NCBI GenBank assembly: GCA_964016885.1
Contig: OZ024742.1
Location: forward strand, 154,070,001-154,134,000
DNA length: 64,000 nucleotides
Reading direction: 5' to 3'
From: Eledone cirrhosa
Taxonomy: Eukaryota
The translations under genes and the position numbers were made by a program. Shown piece by piece: positions 1 through 13,545 of the stretch. The notes below the pieces were generated by a model. It had not been told where the DNA came from and did no database searches. It saw only the letters and a program-made list of their open reading frames with translations. Every line of letters begins with the position of its first letter. The stretch's first letter is position 1.

Positions 1-1050
1 AAGAGGTGTGATGTCGATAGACTCTACCTAAGGAGATCTGAGGGTGGAAGAGGTCTTATCAGCATAGAGGACTGTGTTCAGATGAAGAAAAACAACCTAC
101 ACAAATACGTGACTGATAGTAAGGAGTAAGGAGCCAATGCTCAGAACTGTACTGAAGGAGAGGACAATAGGCCAGGGGATGTCGAAGGAGGAAATAACAT
201 CAAAGAGAAAGAGCAGCCTTCAGGAAAAATCCCTTCATAGTACCTTCTTTGAGAAAACTGAATTTAGAGATCCACAGACATGGAACTGGTTGAGAAGAGC
301 AAACCTTAAAAAGCTACAGAAGGAATGTTAATGGCTGCGCAGGAGCAGGCCCTCAAAACGAAGTGGTTGAAACACCATATTTACAAGGAGGAGGCTAGCC
401 CACTGTGCAGGATCTGTGGAGAGAGAGAGGAGACTGTGGCTCACATTGTATCCGAGTGTAAACACCTAGCCCAGACCCACTATAAGGGCTGGATACATGA
501 TGTGATGGGCAGGGTGATCCACTGGCACCTGTGCAAAGTAAACAATTTACCACATTCTGAGAAATGGTATGAGCATAAGCCAGAGGCGGTGATGGAGAAC
601 GATCAGGTGAAGGTGCTGTGGAATTTTAGGATACAGACGGACAAGAAACTGGAACACAATAGACCTGACCTGGTGGTTTTGGACAAAGAAAAAAGATCGT
701 GTCTGATTGTGGATGTGGCCTGCCCATTCGACACGAGAGTGCAAGAGAAGGAGAGGGAGAAAATTAACCGATACCAGGACTGAAAGTGGGAGGTAAAAAG
801 GATTTGGAACTGCCATGAAATCCAAGTGATCCCGATTGTCATAGGCGCACTGGGGACTATCTCCAAAAGTTTCGAGGGATGGTTAAAGAAAGTCGGCCCC
901 TTAACGCTTTTTGGAACGCTTCAAAAGGCATGCTTGCTGGGAACAGCAAGATCCCTCCGATACGTCCTGAATATCTGAGGCTGCAGGTAGTGGCTTGATA
1001 TTCATTCCAACGGACTTTCCAGTTAACTAACATCAATTACTGAGATTCAG
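1..1050 (+). mobile_element. 3' part of an R4/Dong-clade non-LTR retrotransposon (RT thumb, CCHC zinc finger, restriction-like endonuclease), decayed
   Basis: ORF 325-783 reads CRICGEREETVAHIVSEC..HD..KPE..LWNFRIQTD..RPDLVV.DK..LIVDVACPFD..EKINRYQD, i.e. a CCHC finger plus a PD-(D/E)xK RLE. Stops and frameshifts are present. It ends in (TAA)n at about 1053-1066. Confidence 0.9.
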
Positions 1051-1324
1051 GGAATAATAATAATAAATATAATGTTTTCTTTATTAACCACAAGGGTTTA
1101 CATAAAGTAGACATTAAGGACAGTACCGGACAATTTAGGGCGGTACAAAGGGGCATTTCTGCGTGTAAAAAAACAAGAAACAGAGGATGTAATAATAGAA
1201 AAAAGAAAAAAATTCCACAATAGGGGGGAGACTTCCGAGGGACATTGGTGGAGAAAGCCCATTAAAAAGCCACAGTGATCCTGACCACCAGGGCAAGTGC
1301 CCTCTCCCAGTTTCCATCTTTAAT

Positions 1325-4300
1325 TTACAGGCACATACTCAGAGTAGCCCCATTCACTCGCGCCATTCTTGCCTCTCTCACCCATCTTTCAACAAAATGC
1401 TGGGAAGAGAGCACTTCCCTTTCTACCCTGATGTTCCTTTTCAAATGAAATTTGAAAAAGTTAATCAGGACATCGCCGAAGAGGTAAATACTCGTCTTCA
1501 GCCCTTTCAAACGTGTCCACCATACTATCTCTTTCACCATGGCCACCCGACGTATAAAAAACTGCCTGCCATTCCCGGCTAAAGGAAGAGGGCGGGGCAA
1601 TCCTAGACACAGCTGCTAGCTGGATCCGTCCCACACGCGACAGCAGGTGTTCGACATAAACCCACAAGTCAGCAATGCTCGGACACTGCACGAGTGCGTG
1701 CAGGATGGTTTCGTCGCCCTGCGCGTATCTCGGACATGCCTGTCTGACGGCACCTCCATGCCTGTAGAGTTTATCCCGAACTTGCAAAGCTCCTCGGTAG
1801 CACTGCCAGGCCAGGGATTTCTGGAAGTTGTCCATAGGCCCGGCCCGAAAGTTCTTCCGAAGAGATTGGCTAGTTGATTTTCGTCGACGCCTAGATTTTC
1901 CCCAAGTACGTGGTCGATCTTCCTCTCCACTAATCCTCTATAGAACGCCAAGGTGGAGTTTCCACCGATCACATTGCCCGATTGGTCGAGGGCTGTGAGT
2001 GCCTGAAGACATTCCCCTCTCCAAGCGCTCTCTCTCGCTCTTCGCTTGACCCAGTACTGCAGCTCCGTCAAGGAGACGAGCTGGGGAAAGACGTGTCTAG
2101 CAAACGGAGACCACACCTGATCACCGTCGAGGAAGAGGTGGAGTTGTCGTAGCCTGAGCGCGTGTCTGCGCATCATCAGCCACGGCATTCCAAGCCCTCC
2201 ACGTAGCGGGTGTTGACAGCAGATGGACCACCTGACCATCGGACCGCGTCCCTTCCACAAAAAGCGAAAGAGCAAACGCTCCAGCGCAGTCAGGTGGGGC
2301 TTAGGACAAGGCACGACGGTCATGCGGTAGTAGATGACGGACGCGATATACGCGTTAGCCACCTCCGCTCGACCTTTCAGGGATAGCTTCCTCTCGGCCC
2401 ATTTCTGGGTGAGAGAACCCACCCTGCTCGTCACCTCGTCCCAGTTTTTATCCGTCTGGAGATCCGGACCGAACCAGACCCTTAGCAATTTAACTGGTCC
2501 GTCCGTCCAGCGCCCGACGACGCTGTTGGACGGCATGGACCTGCCTCTCCAGGTGCCGAGCTGCAGGCCCACTGACTTTTCCTGGTTGATCATTAATCCT
2601 GTCACCGCTTCGTATTCTCTTAGTGTAGTGCCGATAGCCTCGATGTGTTTGGCGTTCGACACTACTACGGTGACATCGTCCGCATATGCTGACACGGATC
2701 TTCCGCATCCTCGTTCGCGCGGGACCCCCTCAACGTCTCCAGTTTGTGCAGTAATGGCTCGATAGTCAATACGTACAAGAGGGACGAGAGGGGACAGCCT
2801 TGGCGGACCAAGCGCATGATGTTGAACGGTTCCGAAAGGTGACCGTTCAGTTTCACCACAGAGCAGATGTCGCTGTGCATGGCAGCGATCCAGCCTCTGA
2901 AGACGGGACCAAAGCCAGCCTCCCTCAAGACTGCAGCTAGGTAACGATGGTCGACTCTATCGAAAGCTTTCGACTGATCTTAATTGATCAAGTCCCCACC
3001 CGTGCCAGGTTCCCTAGCTACCCTCTCTACGATGTCTCGCATCAGGTGGAGGTTGTCGTGGATGGATCTGTCGGGAATGGCGCATGTCTGCGCCTCTCCC
3101 AGCAGACCACCAACGACAAGCGCCAACCTCTTTGCTAGCACCTTGGCCAAAATATTGAACTCTCTGTTTAGCACAGTTATGGGGCTAAAATTATCTATGT
3201 TATCCCCCTTGTTCGGATCCTTTCTCAGCAGCGCCACAGCTCCCCGGCTCACAGAAGTGGGAATTCTCCCGTTCTGTTGCCAGTTGCAGTAGACGTCCGC
3301 CAAGAGACCTCTGAACAAGTCTGGAACTGTACGTAAAGTTCATAGGGCAGACCATCCAAACCAGGCGATTTACACCTTGTGCGGCCAGTCATTGCTTCCC
3401 GTGCTTCAGCGGCTCTTATCGGCTTTTCGCAACACTCCGCCTCAGTGACCGAGAGCCGCGGCAGTCCGTCGAGGTAGACACTAAAATCCATCCCTCGATC
3501 CGGCACGCCGCTACCCCCGAACAACTGAGCGAAGTGTCGCTAAAAAGCATCACACATTTGCCATGGATCGAGTAGCATGCGACCGCCGTGGTCCACCAAA
3601 GACCGGATCGACTTTGTTGCCACGATCCGCCTCCGCCACTCGGGCCCATTGAACGGCTTTCGTCCTCTCGTATCTGAGAGCACGCACCCTAGCTCTGACA
3701 ACGCAGCCTTCGTGCTTTGTATTGAAGAATTGGTCAAGTGCCAATTTCGCCGCAAGTACGTCGGTCACGATGCCTTTGCTAAGCGCCTCGTCTAAAGCCT
3801 TACTAAACCTAATTGGCTCTATTCTAATTGCTCTTTTCAATGCAAACCACCATTTGTTGTTGACGATGGCCCCCGTCAACGCCCGCTTAACTAGTTAGCT
3901 AATCCGGTCTCTGAGGACTTGCGCGCTGGTAAGGACGCGTTTAACTTCCAGTAGCCGGGTCCTCGTCTATGAAGCCTATCTACGTCAAGCACACAGATCT
4001 CGAATGTGTGGTCCGTGTAGCTGACTATCTTGAATTGTGGACAGCCTATGCTAGACCTATCTATTTCTCTACAAAATACTCAATCTAGATATGATCTGGA
4101 TGACCCTATGCAATTTGTCTAATTCCACTTTGGTACATTCGGGAAATCCAATCGGTATCTGTCAGACAGTTCAAAACGCCTGAGCAGGTTGGTGAGACTC
4201 TTGCACCTTCCACCCCTATACGCTAATCTCATACAGTCCCAGCGTGCATCTAAGATACCGTTCCAGCCGCCCACTAACACTAAAGAGCGGGACGTTCCAA

Positions 4301-4688
4301 GAAAGGTCTCCAGACGACAGAAGAAATGAGGCCACCCTACACCTGTCCGGGCATAGACGACCACTAGCCTGAAAGCTTGCCCGTCTCCGCTGGTCACGTC
4401 TAGCACCACCAACTTACCTTCTGGGTCCAGGAAGATGGCCCGTATGGCGAGATCCAAACCTCTCCGAAAAAGCACAGCAATTCCTTCCCCCGATCCCGGA
4501 CGCTGGGAGATGCCTACACATCGTAGCCGCCGAAGATCGGATGAAAAGGCCCGTGCTTCGGAGATTCTGGTCTCGATGATGGCCCCTACATCTATGTTTA
4601 GTGAGCTGAGATCGTTGAGCAGGTAGCCCTGCTTCCATGATGACCCCAAGCCTCGAGCATTTATGCTGCCTATTCTGAGTGAGGTCAT
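1325..4688 (-). pseudogene. Tx1-like ORF2 (apurinic endonuclease plus reverse transcriptase), frameshifted
   Basis: Collinear ORF pieces 4119-4769, 3550-3879, 3249-3524, 2980-3318, 2665-2928, 1616-2695, 1461-1835 and 1325-1600. C-terminal CPR..ETILHAL..C motif. Confidence 0.9.
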
Positions 4689-4722
4689 GTTGAAATAGAG
4701 TGTAAAAGATGGGAAAGAACAC

Positions 4723-6640
4723 TTACCTTCTTTCTGGTAGAGGAAGGATGGTTTGTCCATCCTTTTCACTGGTTGTGGCCTCCTCCGGAAGGATGTCCTT
4801 ATAAATCCTCCTGGAGAGTGTTTGTCGGAAGTCTCCGATCTCTTTGGGGAATTTTTGTTTTAGTGTCGTGTACGTTTTCTGTGTGATATGAGTGATTTGT
4901 ATGTGTGGAGGTGGTGTGAACTTTTGGGTTGTTGTGTAGTCATTTTCTGTGATGCTGGTGTTGTGCTGCATGTAGTGTAATAATTGGTTGCTGTTCAAAT
5001 TTAATGCTGTGTAGTGTGTATCGTTTTGGTTGTCTTGTTTTGTTTGCGTTTGTTGTGGGTTTGTTTCTGTTACGCTTTTTGGTGACTTTTGTGGTGTTGG
5101 GGTTAATGATGGTGATGGTGTTGGTGTTTGTGGTGATGGGGTTGGTGATGCTGGTGTGGATGTTTGCATATCTGTCTTAACTTTCTTGTTCGATAATTTA
5201 TTTGTTAACCTCTGTATTTTTTTTTTTTTTGAGGGGGAAAGATGAGAATTTTTTCTTTTTTGGTTTCTTTTTTTTTTTTTTTTCCTGATACAGTTTCCTA
5301 CTCCTCGTCGTCACAATCTGTCTCCAGTTGCGATAAGCCGGAGAGTGGAAAATCCTCCACAGGCGTTGGTTTTGGTTGTGGCGTGGTGGATGGTGTAGCC
5401 GCTGGTGCTAGTTCTGGGGCGTTGGGTGGTGGCGGTGTTGGTTTTGCTACTGTTGCTGGGGTTGTTGCTGTTACAGTTGTTTCTGTTGTTGCTGCTACAA
5501 TTGTTGCTGCTATTTCTGCTGCTGGTTGAGTCACTGGGGTGGGTAAGGGAGGTGGCCTCAATCTTTTAGCCTGAGGGCAGAAAGCCCTTAGGTGGGTTCC
5601 TTCACCAGAAACGACACATAGGTCTTCTGCCCTCGACGATTACGGTGAGGTGGCTGCCGTCAGTGCAGGGATATCCTCAATGCTTTTATGATCCGCTTGG
5701 ATCAGGCGCTCCATCCAAGATCCGGACCAGTTCTCCTGCTTTTCTTTTGCTATTTCTATTATTTTGGTGTTGGCCTCAATGCCGGCGAGGACTGCAGGCA
5801 TTTGCCAGGGAATTTCGATGGCCGGTGGAACGTGGGTCACCCTGATCTTCACAATTCTCTGGCCACAATAGCTTGGGATGAGTGTGAAGTCGTCACTTAT
5901 TAATGGGGCCATGGAGTGTTCTCTGGCCTCATGTGGTGTTTCAAAGAACACGTCCACTGTTCCATGTGGGGTATTTTTGCCCACACATGTCACAAAGCTT
6001 TTTGGATTTGAGACTCAGATGCCCGTCCCACTCGGCGCGATTTTATGTTTATTGTCTGATAAGACACAGTGCATAGGCGACGTTGCTCCATTTTATTAGG
6101 TGGGGGTGAGGCTGACCCTGTATCCATCTTTCTTTACCATTCCTTTGGCTTCGTCTAATTCTTCCTGAGTTACCTGGATCGCTTCGCACGTTTTTGCTAC
6201 TCTGGCAAAACTCAGGTTAGTTTTCTTAATTTCATCGTTGCTGTTGTTATTATCGTTATTTTTGCTATTGTTAATTTTAGTTTCAGCTGTGGTGGTGGTG
6301 ACATCAGTGGTGTTCGGTGTGGAAGAGTTCATTTTCGTTGAATTCATTTCGATATCATGAGTTAATTTATTTGTTCTTTTGTTTCTGTTGTCGCTGTGGT
6401 GGTGGTGGGGGTGTGGGTTGTTGCGGTGGTGGTGGTGGTGGTGGTGGTGGTGGTGGTGGTAGTGGCGGCTTTAACACCTCCAGTCATTGGTAATGGCGGG
6501 AAATGAACGTCTGCCTGAGACAAATTTAAAATATTGCTACTGGTTACAATTCCAGTGTTGGCAAACGTAGCAATGTTTACAATGGTGGTGTCAGTGTCAG
6601 GTATTGGATTGTGAGGAAGGAGTGAATCAGTGTCATCCAT
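4723..6640 (-). pseudogene. Tx1-like ORF1 (gag-like, zinc knuckle, Thr/Pro-rich low complexity), disrupted
   Basis: ORF pieces lie upstream of ORF2. A frameshifted knuckle IVEGRRPMCRF/EGTHLRAFCP can be read at about 5570-5640. Confidence 0.65.
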
Positions 6641-6879
6641 TATATTTCAAATAAAACATTTTTGCTTGATAATTATAAAAAGTTTAAATTTTGGGCTCAA
6701 GCCCCAATATTTTTGAGTGTCCTTTTCAGAAATCAATGTATGTTCAGTTATATATAGTTAACAATAAAAATTTTCCATGAATGGTAATTTTAAATAACTG
6801 AAAATAACAAACCTTTGCGGAGCTCACGATGATACGATTTACTACGTAGGTCGCCAATAATAATAATAATAATAATAAT

Positions 6880-7445
6880 AATGCTTTCTTTATTAACAAC
6901 AAGGGTTTACATAAAGTAGACATTAATGACAGTACAGGACAATACAGGACGGTACAAATGGGTATTTCTGCGTGTAAAAAAAAACAGAGGATGTAATAAA
7001 AAAAATAACAATGAACAAATAAAAAATAAAAAATTCCCCAATAGGGTGGAGACTTCCTAGGGACATTTGTGAAGAAAGCCCATTAAAAGGCCACAGTGAA
7101 CCTGACCACCAGGGCAAGTGCCCTCTCCCAGTTGTCTACCATTAATTTACAGACACATACTTGCTTCTCTCACCCATCTTTCAACAAAATGTTGGGAAGA
7201 GAGCACTTCCCTCTCTACCAAGCGCATGATGTTGAACGGTTCCGAAAGGTGACCGTTCAGTCTCACCACAGAGCAGATGTAGCTGTGAATGGCAGCGATC
7301 CAGCTTCTGAAGACGGGTCCAAAGCCAGCCGCCCTCAAGGCTGTCGCTAGATAACGATGGTTGACCCTATCGAAAGCTTTCGATTGATCTAAATTGATCA
7401 AGGACCCAGCCGTGCCAGGTTCCCTAGCTACCCACTCCACGATGT
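6880..7445 (-). mobile_element. Second Tx1-like copy, 5'-truncated and internally deleted
   Basis: 6880-7218 matches 1075-1427 and joins directly to 7219-7445, which matches about 2810-3035 (LDQSKAFDRVNHRYL). Confidence 0.85.
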
Positions 7446-8765
7446 AATAATCGTTTCTTTATTGGCCACAAGATCTAATACGAAAAAAAACATTAGAGAC
7501 GGGACAGAACAGTACAGGTCGATACAAAGTGGGTTTTGGTCGTGTAAACAGGTTATAAAAAAGTCAGGCTAGAAATCCAAAAAAATATTCAAACAACAAA
7601 AATTCCCCAATAAGGGGGAAACCTCCGAGGGTCACTCGTAGAGAAAACAACACAAAAGACCACGGCCACCCTGACCACCAGGGCAGGCCCCCTCTCTCAC
7701 TTGTCCCACTCCTAAGACTACAGAGCGGGCCCGTTCACTCGGACCAGACTCGCAACTTTCACCCACCTTTCAACAAACTTACTAGAAGACAGCAATTGCC
7801 TCTCTACCCTGATTTTCCTCTTCAGGTGAAACATGAAAAAGTTAATCAGCGATTGACCGGACAGGAAAGTGACCCTCTTCAACCCTTTCAATCTTGTTCA
7901 CCACACAATCTCTTTCGCCATAGCCACCAGGCAGATGAAAACTGCCTGCCCTTCCTCCTCTTTAAAGGAGGATGGCGGGCTATCTGCACAATGAACTCAG
8001 TCGATAACCGGATCCGTCCTACACGTGACAGCAGCTGTTCGACATAGATCCACAATCAGCAATCCTAGGGCACTGAACGAGTGCGCACATCTCGGACAGG
8101 CTCGGCTGACAGCACCTCTGTGCTTGTAGAGCTTATCCCGAACCGACAACGCTCCCCAGTAGCACTGCCAGGCCAGAGATTTCTGGTAGTTGTCGATAGG
8201 CCCCGGTCAGAAAGTTCTCTTGAAGGGGGCGGTGAGCGCTTGGAGACATTCCAGCTTACAAGCGCTATCCCTCGGTCTTTTCCTGATCCAGGACTGCATC
8301 TCCATCAAGGAGACAAGCTGGGGAAAAGCGCGTCTGGCAAACGGCTCCCACACCTGTTCACCGTTTACGAAGCACCAGAGGTGTTGCAGCCTCTGCGCAT
8401 GTTTGTGCATCATCAGCCACGGCATGCCTAGTCCTCCACGAAACGGGTGTTGATAGCAAATGGATCGTCTGATCTTCCAAACGGAAGAGAAGGCGCTACA
8501 TTTTGGTCAGAGTTGAGCAAGAGACGAGGGTGAAGCGGAAGCGGATGACGGACGCTATGTAGGCATTCGCCACCCACATCCGGCTTTTCAGAGACAGCTT
8601 CCTCGCGGGCCATTTCTGGGTGAGGGAGGCCACCCTGCTCGTCACCTCGCTCCAGTTTTTCTCCATCTGGAGGTCGGGTCCGAACAGACACTAAGCAATT
8701 TAACCTGCCCGTCCGTCCAACGCCTCACGACGCTCTTGGACGGCATGGACGTGCCTCTCCAGATG
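7446..8765 (-). mobile_element. Third Tx1-like copy, diverged subfamily, 5'-truncated
   Basis: Collinear similarity to 1075-2552. ORF 8207-8425 MPWLMMHKHAQRLQHL resembles MPWLMMRRHALRLRQL. Confidence 0.85.
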
Positions 8766-9651
8766 ATTAGCTGTAATAATAAGAGAAGGGAAGATGACGC
8801 ATGTGGAGGATATAGTGTTATGGAATTGCTCCTGTAAGTTTTTGATTGTTAACATATTTAAAACAATTGTGATAAAACAATTATTAGTACAAATGGGAAA
8901 TAAGGCACCAGTCTTAGCTCTAATGAAATGAGGACTCATAATATCCTGGCATATGGGTCAAATATTCAATTTTGTATTATAAATCTTATATTCAAAAAAG
9001 AAAATGGTTATAAATGGAACAAATATAACAGCCAAATAGAACAGCCAAATAACAGCAATTTCACCACCACCACAACCTAGAAACACCACCTATCCCACGA
9101 CCCCTCTGTGTACACTAAATACAACAGCCAGATAACGGCAATTTCACCACCACCACCATCACCATTCCCAGCATAATAATAATTATTATTATTATTGTAT
9201 CTTAAGTTTTCTCAAAATGTTTAATTCAAATATTAAGGAAATATGTCAACATATATATTAAACATAGGCGACAAACCGCATATATGTATAGATCAAACAA
9301 ACGCATTCAACAGAACTCAGTAGCGACAACGCCATCACTACAGTCACCACCTCCACCACTCCATCATTGCTACCACTATCCCATCACCGCCGCCATCACT
9401 CCATCATTGCTACCGCCACTATTCCCCCACTACATTCTGTTAACTTAAGAAAGGGGAAGGTGGCGGTAACAATAGACAAGGGAGAGTCTAACAAAGGTAT
9501 AAATAGACTGACTTAGTAACCCGGTCAAACGTCAACGACTATAGCACAATTGGCTCCCCATTCCCCACCAACAATAGAAAAAGCCCCAACACCACCACGG
9601 ACATAGCCAACAACAGGCAACTTCAACAAAAAGTATATTATATTATTAATA

Positions 9652-9840
9652 AGGGCGGTCATTGGCAGTATTGGTAGAGGGTCGGATGCCATGCTTTGTA
9701 GCATATAGTTACGGTCCTTTATGTTTCTCAGTTCAAATCCCGCCGAGGTTAACTTTGCCTTTCATCCTTACGGCGGTCGATAAAATAAAGTACCAGTCAC
9801 GAACTGGGATCGATTTAATCGACTTTACCCTCCCCCAAAA
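9652..9840 (+). mobile_element. tRNA-derived SINE (long variant), 3' end interrupted
   Basis: A-box-like TGGCAGTATTGG, B-box GTTCAAATCC and the conserved body TTGCCTTTCATCCTTACG..GTCGATAAAATAAAGTACCAGT shared with about 10 copies in the window. Confidence 0.85.
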
Positions 9841-9859
9841 CGACCCCTCTAGTCTTGGT

Positions 9860-12038
9860 TGACACTCGTCCTAGGAGCGGTAACACGAAATGATTACCTC
9901 TTGGCGGTTAAGGATAAAACGCAACAAAATAAAGCCAATGTCAAATGATACAATCTCATACTGGATCGACCGTCACTCGGGTCAAAAAGGGCCGCGTCCA
10001 TCAGAGAGGAACCCGACTGGGGTCGAAAAATGAGTTAATGGTTCAAACATTCCCATCAATTCGGACCTGGAGACCTCCCATAACCGGAATACTCCTATTG
10101 TTGGTTCTCCATGCTCACCACCAAGAAATCCAAAGAAAAGAGAGAAAAAATGGTCAAGGGAAGACAATAAAGAAGTCCTTGAGGCTTTCTACACTGCCAT
10201 GTACAACCCATCAAATATATCGAATACAGAACAGACAAATCAACTGGAAAAAGAAACATCCCGAAAACAGAGGCTATATTGACAGTAACAAACTAGGCAA
10301 TATACGAAGAAATATTGTTAAAAAAAGTTACTAACTGATATAGAAATTGATCATATCAAGTAATTAGCACAAAGTCAGCGAAGGCAAAATGAAACATGTG
10401 TCAGTGAAAACGAGGTAAATTGTAACACTTCGAATCCCAGAGTTGGAGCGGAATTACTGACAGCAGAACAAATTAAAGAAAGGATCGAAAGAAGGGAAGA
10501 AGTGCCTGCTCACAATGATACTCAAATGAAAACAATGAGATCGTCAATGATAAAGAAATGAATGAGAATGAACTCAGCAACTTGAATAATTAGATTATGA
10601 TCGAATGGATGAAAATGAAAGAATCTGACATGGGGGAACGAGACGCTCTCCCTAAGATCCAGAACTCCAAACTGAACCAAAGGATAATACACAATACTAA
10701 CATAATTCTCAAAAACATTATCATCATAGACAAACTAAACATTACTGACCTAAATCATCTTTATTATGCATCGGCTAAAGTCACCACTCACTGAGTGAAA
10801 TGAAAAAACAAAGGAATTCCCATAAGAAACCTACTTGGCAAGAGAACATCAATCGCCAAACAAACCTTCTCCGATCTGACATAGAAATGTTAACAATCTA
10901 CAAAGTAGGTGAACATGTTAAACAAACTAAATTTAGAAAATTAAAAAGAAAATACAATCAACAAGTGATGTGGACATGGTGGTAGAAACAATCAAGCAAA
11001 AAGTGTCGGCCAAAGCTGCTCGTATAAGGCGCTTTGAAAAACGATCTAGATTCTATAAGGACAATAATATGTTCAAAAACCACCAAAGAAACTTCTACAG
11101 AAAAATTGGCAAGTCAACAATAACTGCTAAATCAATACCACCCAAGGAGGAAGTGCAAGAATTCTGGGAAAAGATCTGGGCCGAACAAGAAGTTCATAAT
11201 ATACATGCCCCATGGACAGACAGACAAATGAAAGATACAGCTCACCTTGAGGAACAAATATGGGAAAATATAAGAGTTGAACAGTTGCGTTTAGCTCTTA
11301 GAAAAACTAGCAAATGGAAATCCCCAGGAAAAGACAAAATACCAAATTTTTTGATAAATACCTTCACAGAGTCTCATGAGCTGTTAGCCTAACTTTACAT
11401 GAAATGGTTAAGGAACCAGAAAAGATACCATCATGGCTAGTTAACGTCATTACATTCCTACTTCTGAAGAATGATGAGACAAACAATCCCAACATTTACA
11501 GACCGATAACTTGCTTGACCACAATGTATAAAATGTTAACATCACTCCTAACTGAATATACATATGATGATCTGATAACAAATGATCTATTTCCCAATAA
11601 GCAGAATGGGTCTCATATGGCTGTAAAGATCAGCTTTTGATTAACAAAATGATACTGGAAGATTGACATAATAGACACAAACATATATCAATTGCTTGGA
11701 TAGCTTACAAAAAAAGCATTCGATAGTTTGCCACACAGTTCGATTGAAAAATGTTTAGAGATTTTCAACCTCTTAGGCTCTAATGATTACTTATCCCAAA
11801 TCCCAGGAAACCCGCGCATAGAAGAAATTCAAAAGATAGTACTAATGGGAACTGCCCGTATACTAAGGAATATTCTGTCAATTTAATTACATCACAAGTC
11901 CTAAATTACATCACCTAAAGATGCATGTGTGTGTTTATATGTTCTTTCTCGGACATTGTTGTCTCTTGAAGTCACTGGTTGTTACTTGGTGATAACTAGT
12001 ATGAACATAAAACAAGATACATGCAACTGTAATAATAA
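9860..12038 (+). mobile_element. R4/Dong-clade element A: 5' UTR, N-terminus and start of RT, joined to a C-terminus (internal deletion or chimera)
   Basis: KWKSPGKDKIPNF, YRPITCLTTMYK and KAFDSLPH, then an abrupt jump at about 11770 to IEEIQKIVLMGTARILRNILSI*, a 3' UTR and (TAA)n. Confidence 0.8.
9868..9943 (+). ncRNA. Candidate degenerate HDV-like ribozyme in the 5' UTR of the R4/Dong element
   Basis: P1 GTCCTAG/TAAGGAT (1 mismatch), P2 TGAT/GTCA, P3 ACC-TCTTGGC-GGT and J4/2 GCCAA. The ATG follows at 9945. P1.1 and P4 are poor. Confidence 0.35.
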
Positions 12039-12158
12039 TTGTTTCTACTTTTGTCACAAGGCCAGCAATTACTCAATGTATTACTGGTACTTTATTTTAT
12101 CGACCCCGTAAGGATGAAAGGCAAGGTTAACCTAGGCGGGATTTGAACTCAGAATGGC
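12039..12158 (-). mobile_element. tRNA-derived SINE, 5'-truncated
   Basis: Reverse complement of the SINE body and B-box, flanked by (TAA)n. Confidence 0.85.
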
Positions 12159-12224
12159 AATAATAATAATTATTGTTTATACTTCTGGCACAGCGATTAT
12201 TCCAGCGATTATTCCAGTGCAGGG

Positions 12225-13545
12225 ATAGACATATTTGGGTGTGCTGGAAGCAGATGACATCAAGAATAATGAAATGAATGAGTTGATGAGATCTGAATAC
12301 ATAAGGAGAGTGAGGAACATGCTAAAATCACATCTAAATACTAGGAATCTCATAAATGCAGTAAATTCCCGAGCTGTGTCTCTTATTAGGTACAGTGCGG
12401 GAATTCTGAAATGGAATGTTACTGAGCAAGAAGAAATTTATAGAAAGACTAGAAAGCTAATGACTATCTACAATATGTTCCACAAGATAAATGATGTTGA
12501 TAGACTGTACTTAAAGAGATCTCTATGTGGAAGAATTTTTATCAGCATAGAGGACTGTTTTCAGATGGAGAAAAGCAGTCTGCATAAACATGTGTCTGAG
12601 AGTAGGGAGCCAATGCTCAAAGTTGTACTGAAGGAGAAGGCAGTAAACCAGCGGATGCCAAAGGAGGAAATAACAACAAAGAAGAAGAGCAACCTTCATG
12701 AAAAAAATCCTTTCATAACACCTTTTTTTAAAGAAAACGGAATTCAGCGATCCATAAACATGGAGCTGGTTAACAAGCAGAAACCTTTATAAAGCTGCAG
12801 AAGGAATGCTAATGACTGCAAAAGAGCAGGCCCTCAGAACGAAGTGGGTGAAGTACCATATTGACAAGGAGGCAGGCTCACTGTGTAGGATCTGTGGACA
12901 GAGAGAGGAAACTGTAGATCGCATCGTATCCGACTGTAAACACCTAGCCCAGACTCACTATAAAGGCTGGAGGCATGATACAATAGGAAAGATGATTCAC
13001 TGGCATTTATGCAAACTAAATAATTTACCACTTTCTGAGAAGTTGTATGAGCATAACCCAGAGTCGGTGATAGAAAACGATCAAGTGAAGGTGCTATGGG
13101 ATTTCAGTATATAGACAGACGAGAAATTAGAACACAATAAGCCTGACATGGAAAACATGAGAAGAAAAACATATCATGCCTGATTATAGATGTAGCCTGC
13201 CCCTTTGACACAAGAATGCAAGAAAAGAAGGAGGAAAAAATTTAGCCGATACCAGGATTTGAAGTGGGATATAAAAAGGTTTTGGACTGTCATAATATCA
13301 AAGTTTTCCCGATTGTCAAGGAGTTCTAGGTACTATCTCAGAGAGTTTTTTCAGGGATGGTTAAGGAATATTAGTCCATCCCCGTTTTTGGAACACTTAA
13401 AAATGCATGCTTTCTGGGAACAGCAAAAACCCTCCGATACGTCCTGAATAGCTGAGGCTGCAGGTAGCGGCTTGATGTTCTTTTGAACAAACTTTCCCGT
13501 TAAATAACATCAATGACTGAGACTCCAAGAACAGCAACAACAAAA
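12225..13545 (+). mobile_element. R4/Dong-clade element B, 5'-truncated, same family as 1-1050
   Basis: YLGVLEADDI..DVDRLYLKR..AKEQALRTK..CRICGQREETVDRIVSDC..RHD. Collinear with 1-1050 including the 3' UTR CTGAGGCTGCAGGTAG. Confidence 0.9.

Larger units (their letters stand above)
1075..6856 (-). mobile_element. Near full-length Tx1/L1-clade LINE (ORF1 plus APE-RT ORF2), decayed
   Basis: Minus-strand fragments include SINARGL..ETRI (APE), KSPGLDGLPYE, RQGCPLS and AYADDVTV (RT). AATAAA followed by an (ATT)n tail marks the 3' end near 1075-1090, and (TAA)n flanks the 5' end. Confidence 0.9.
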
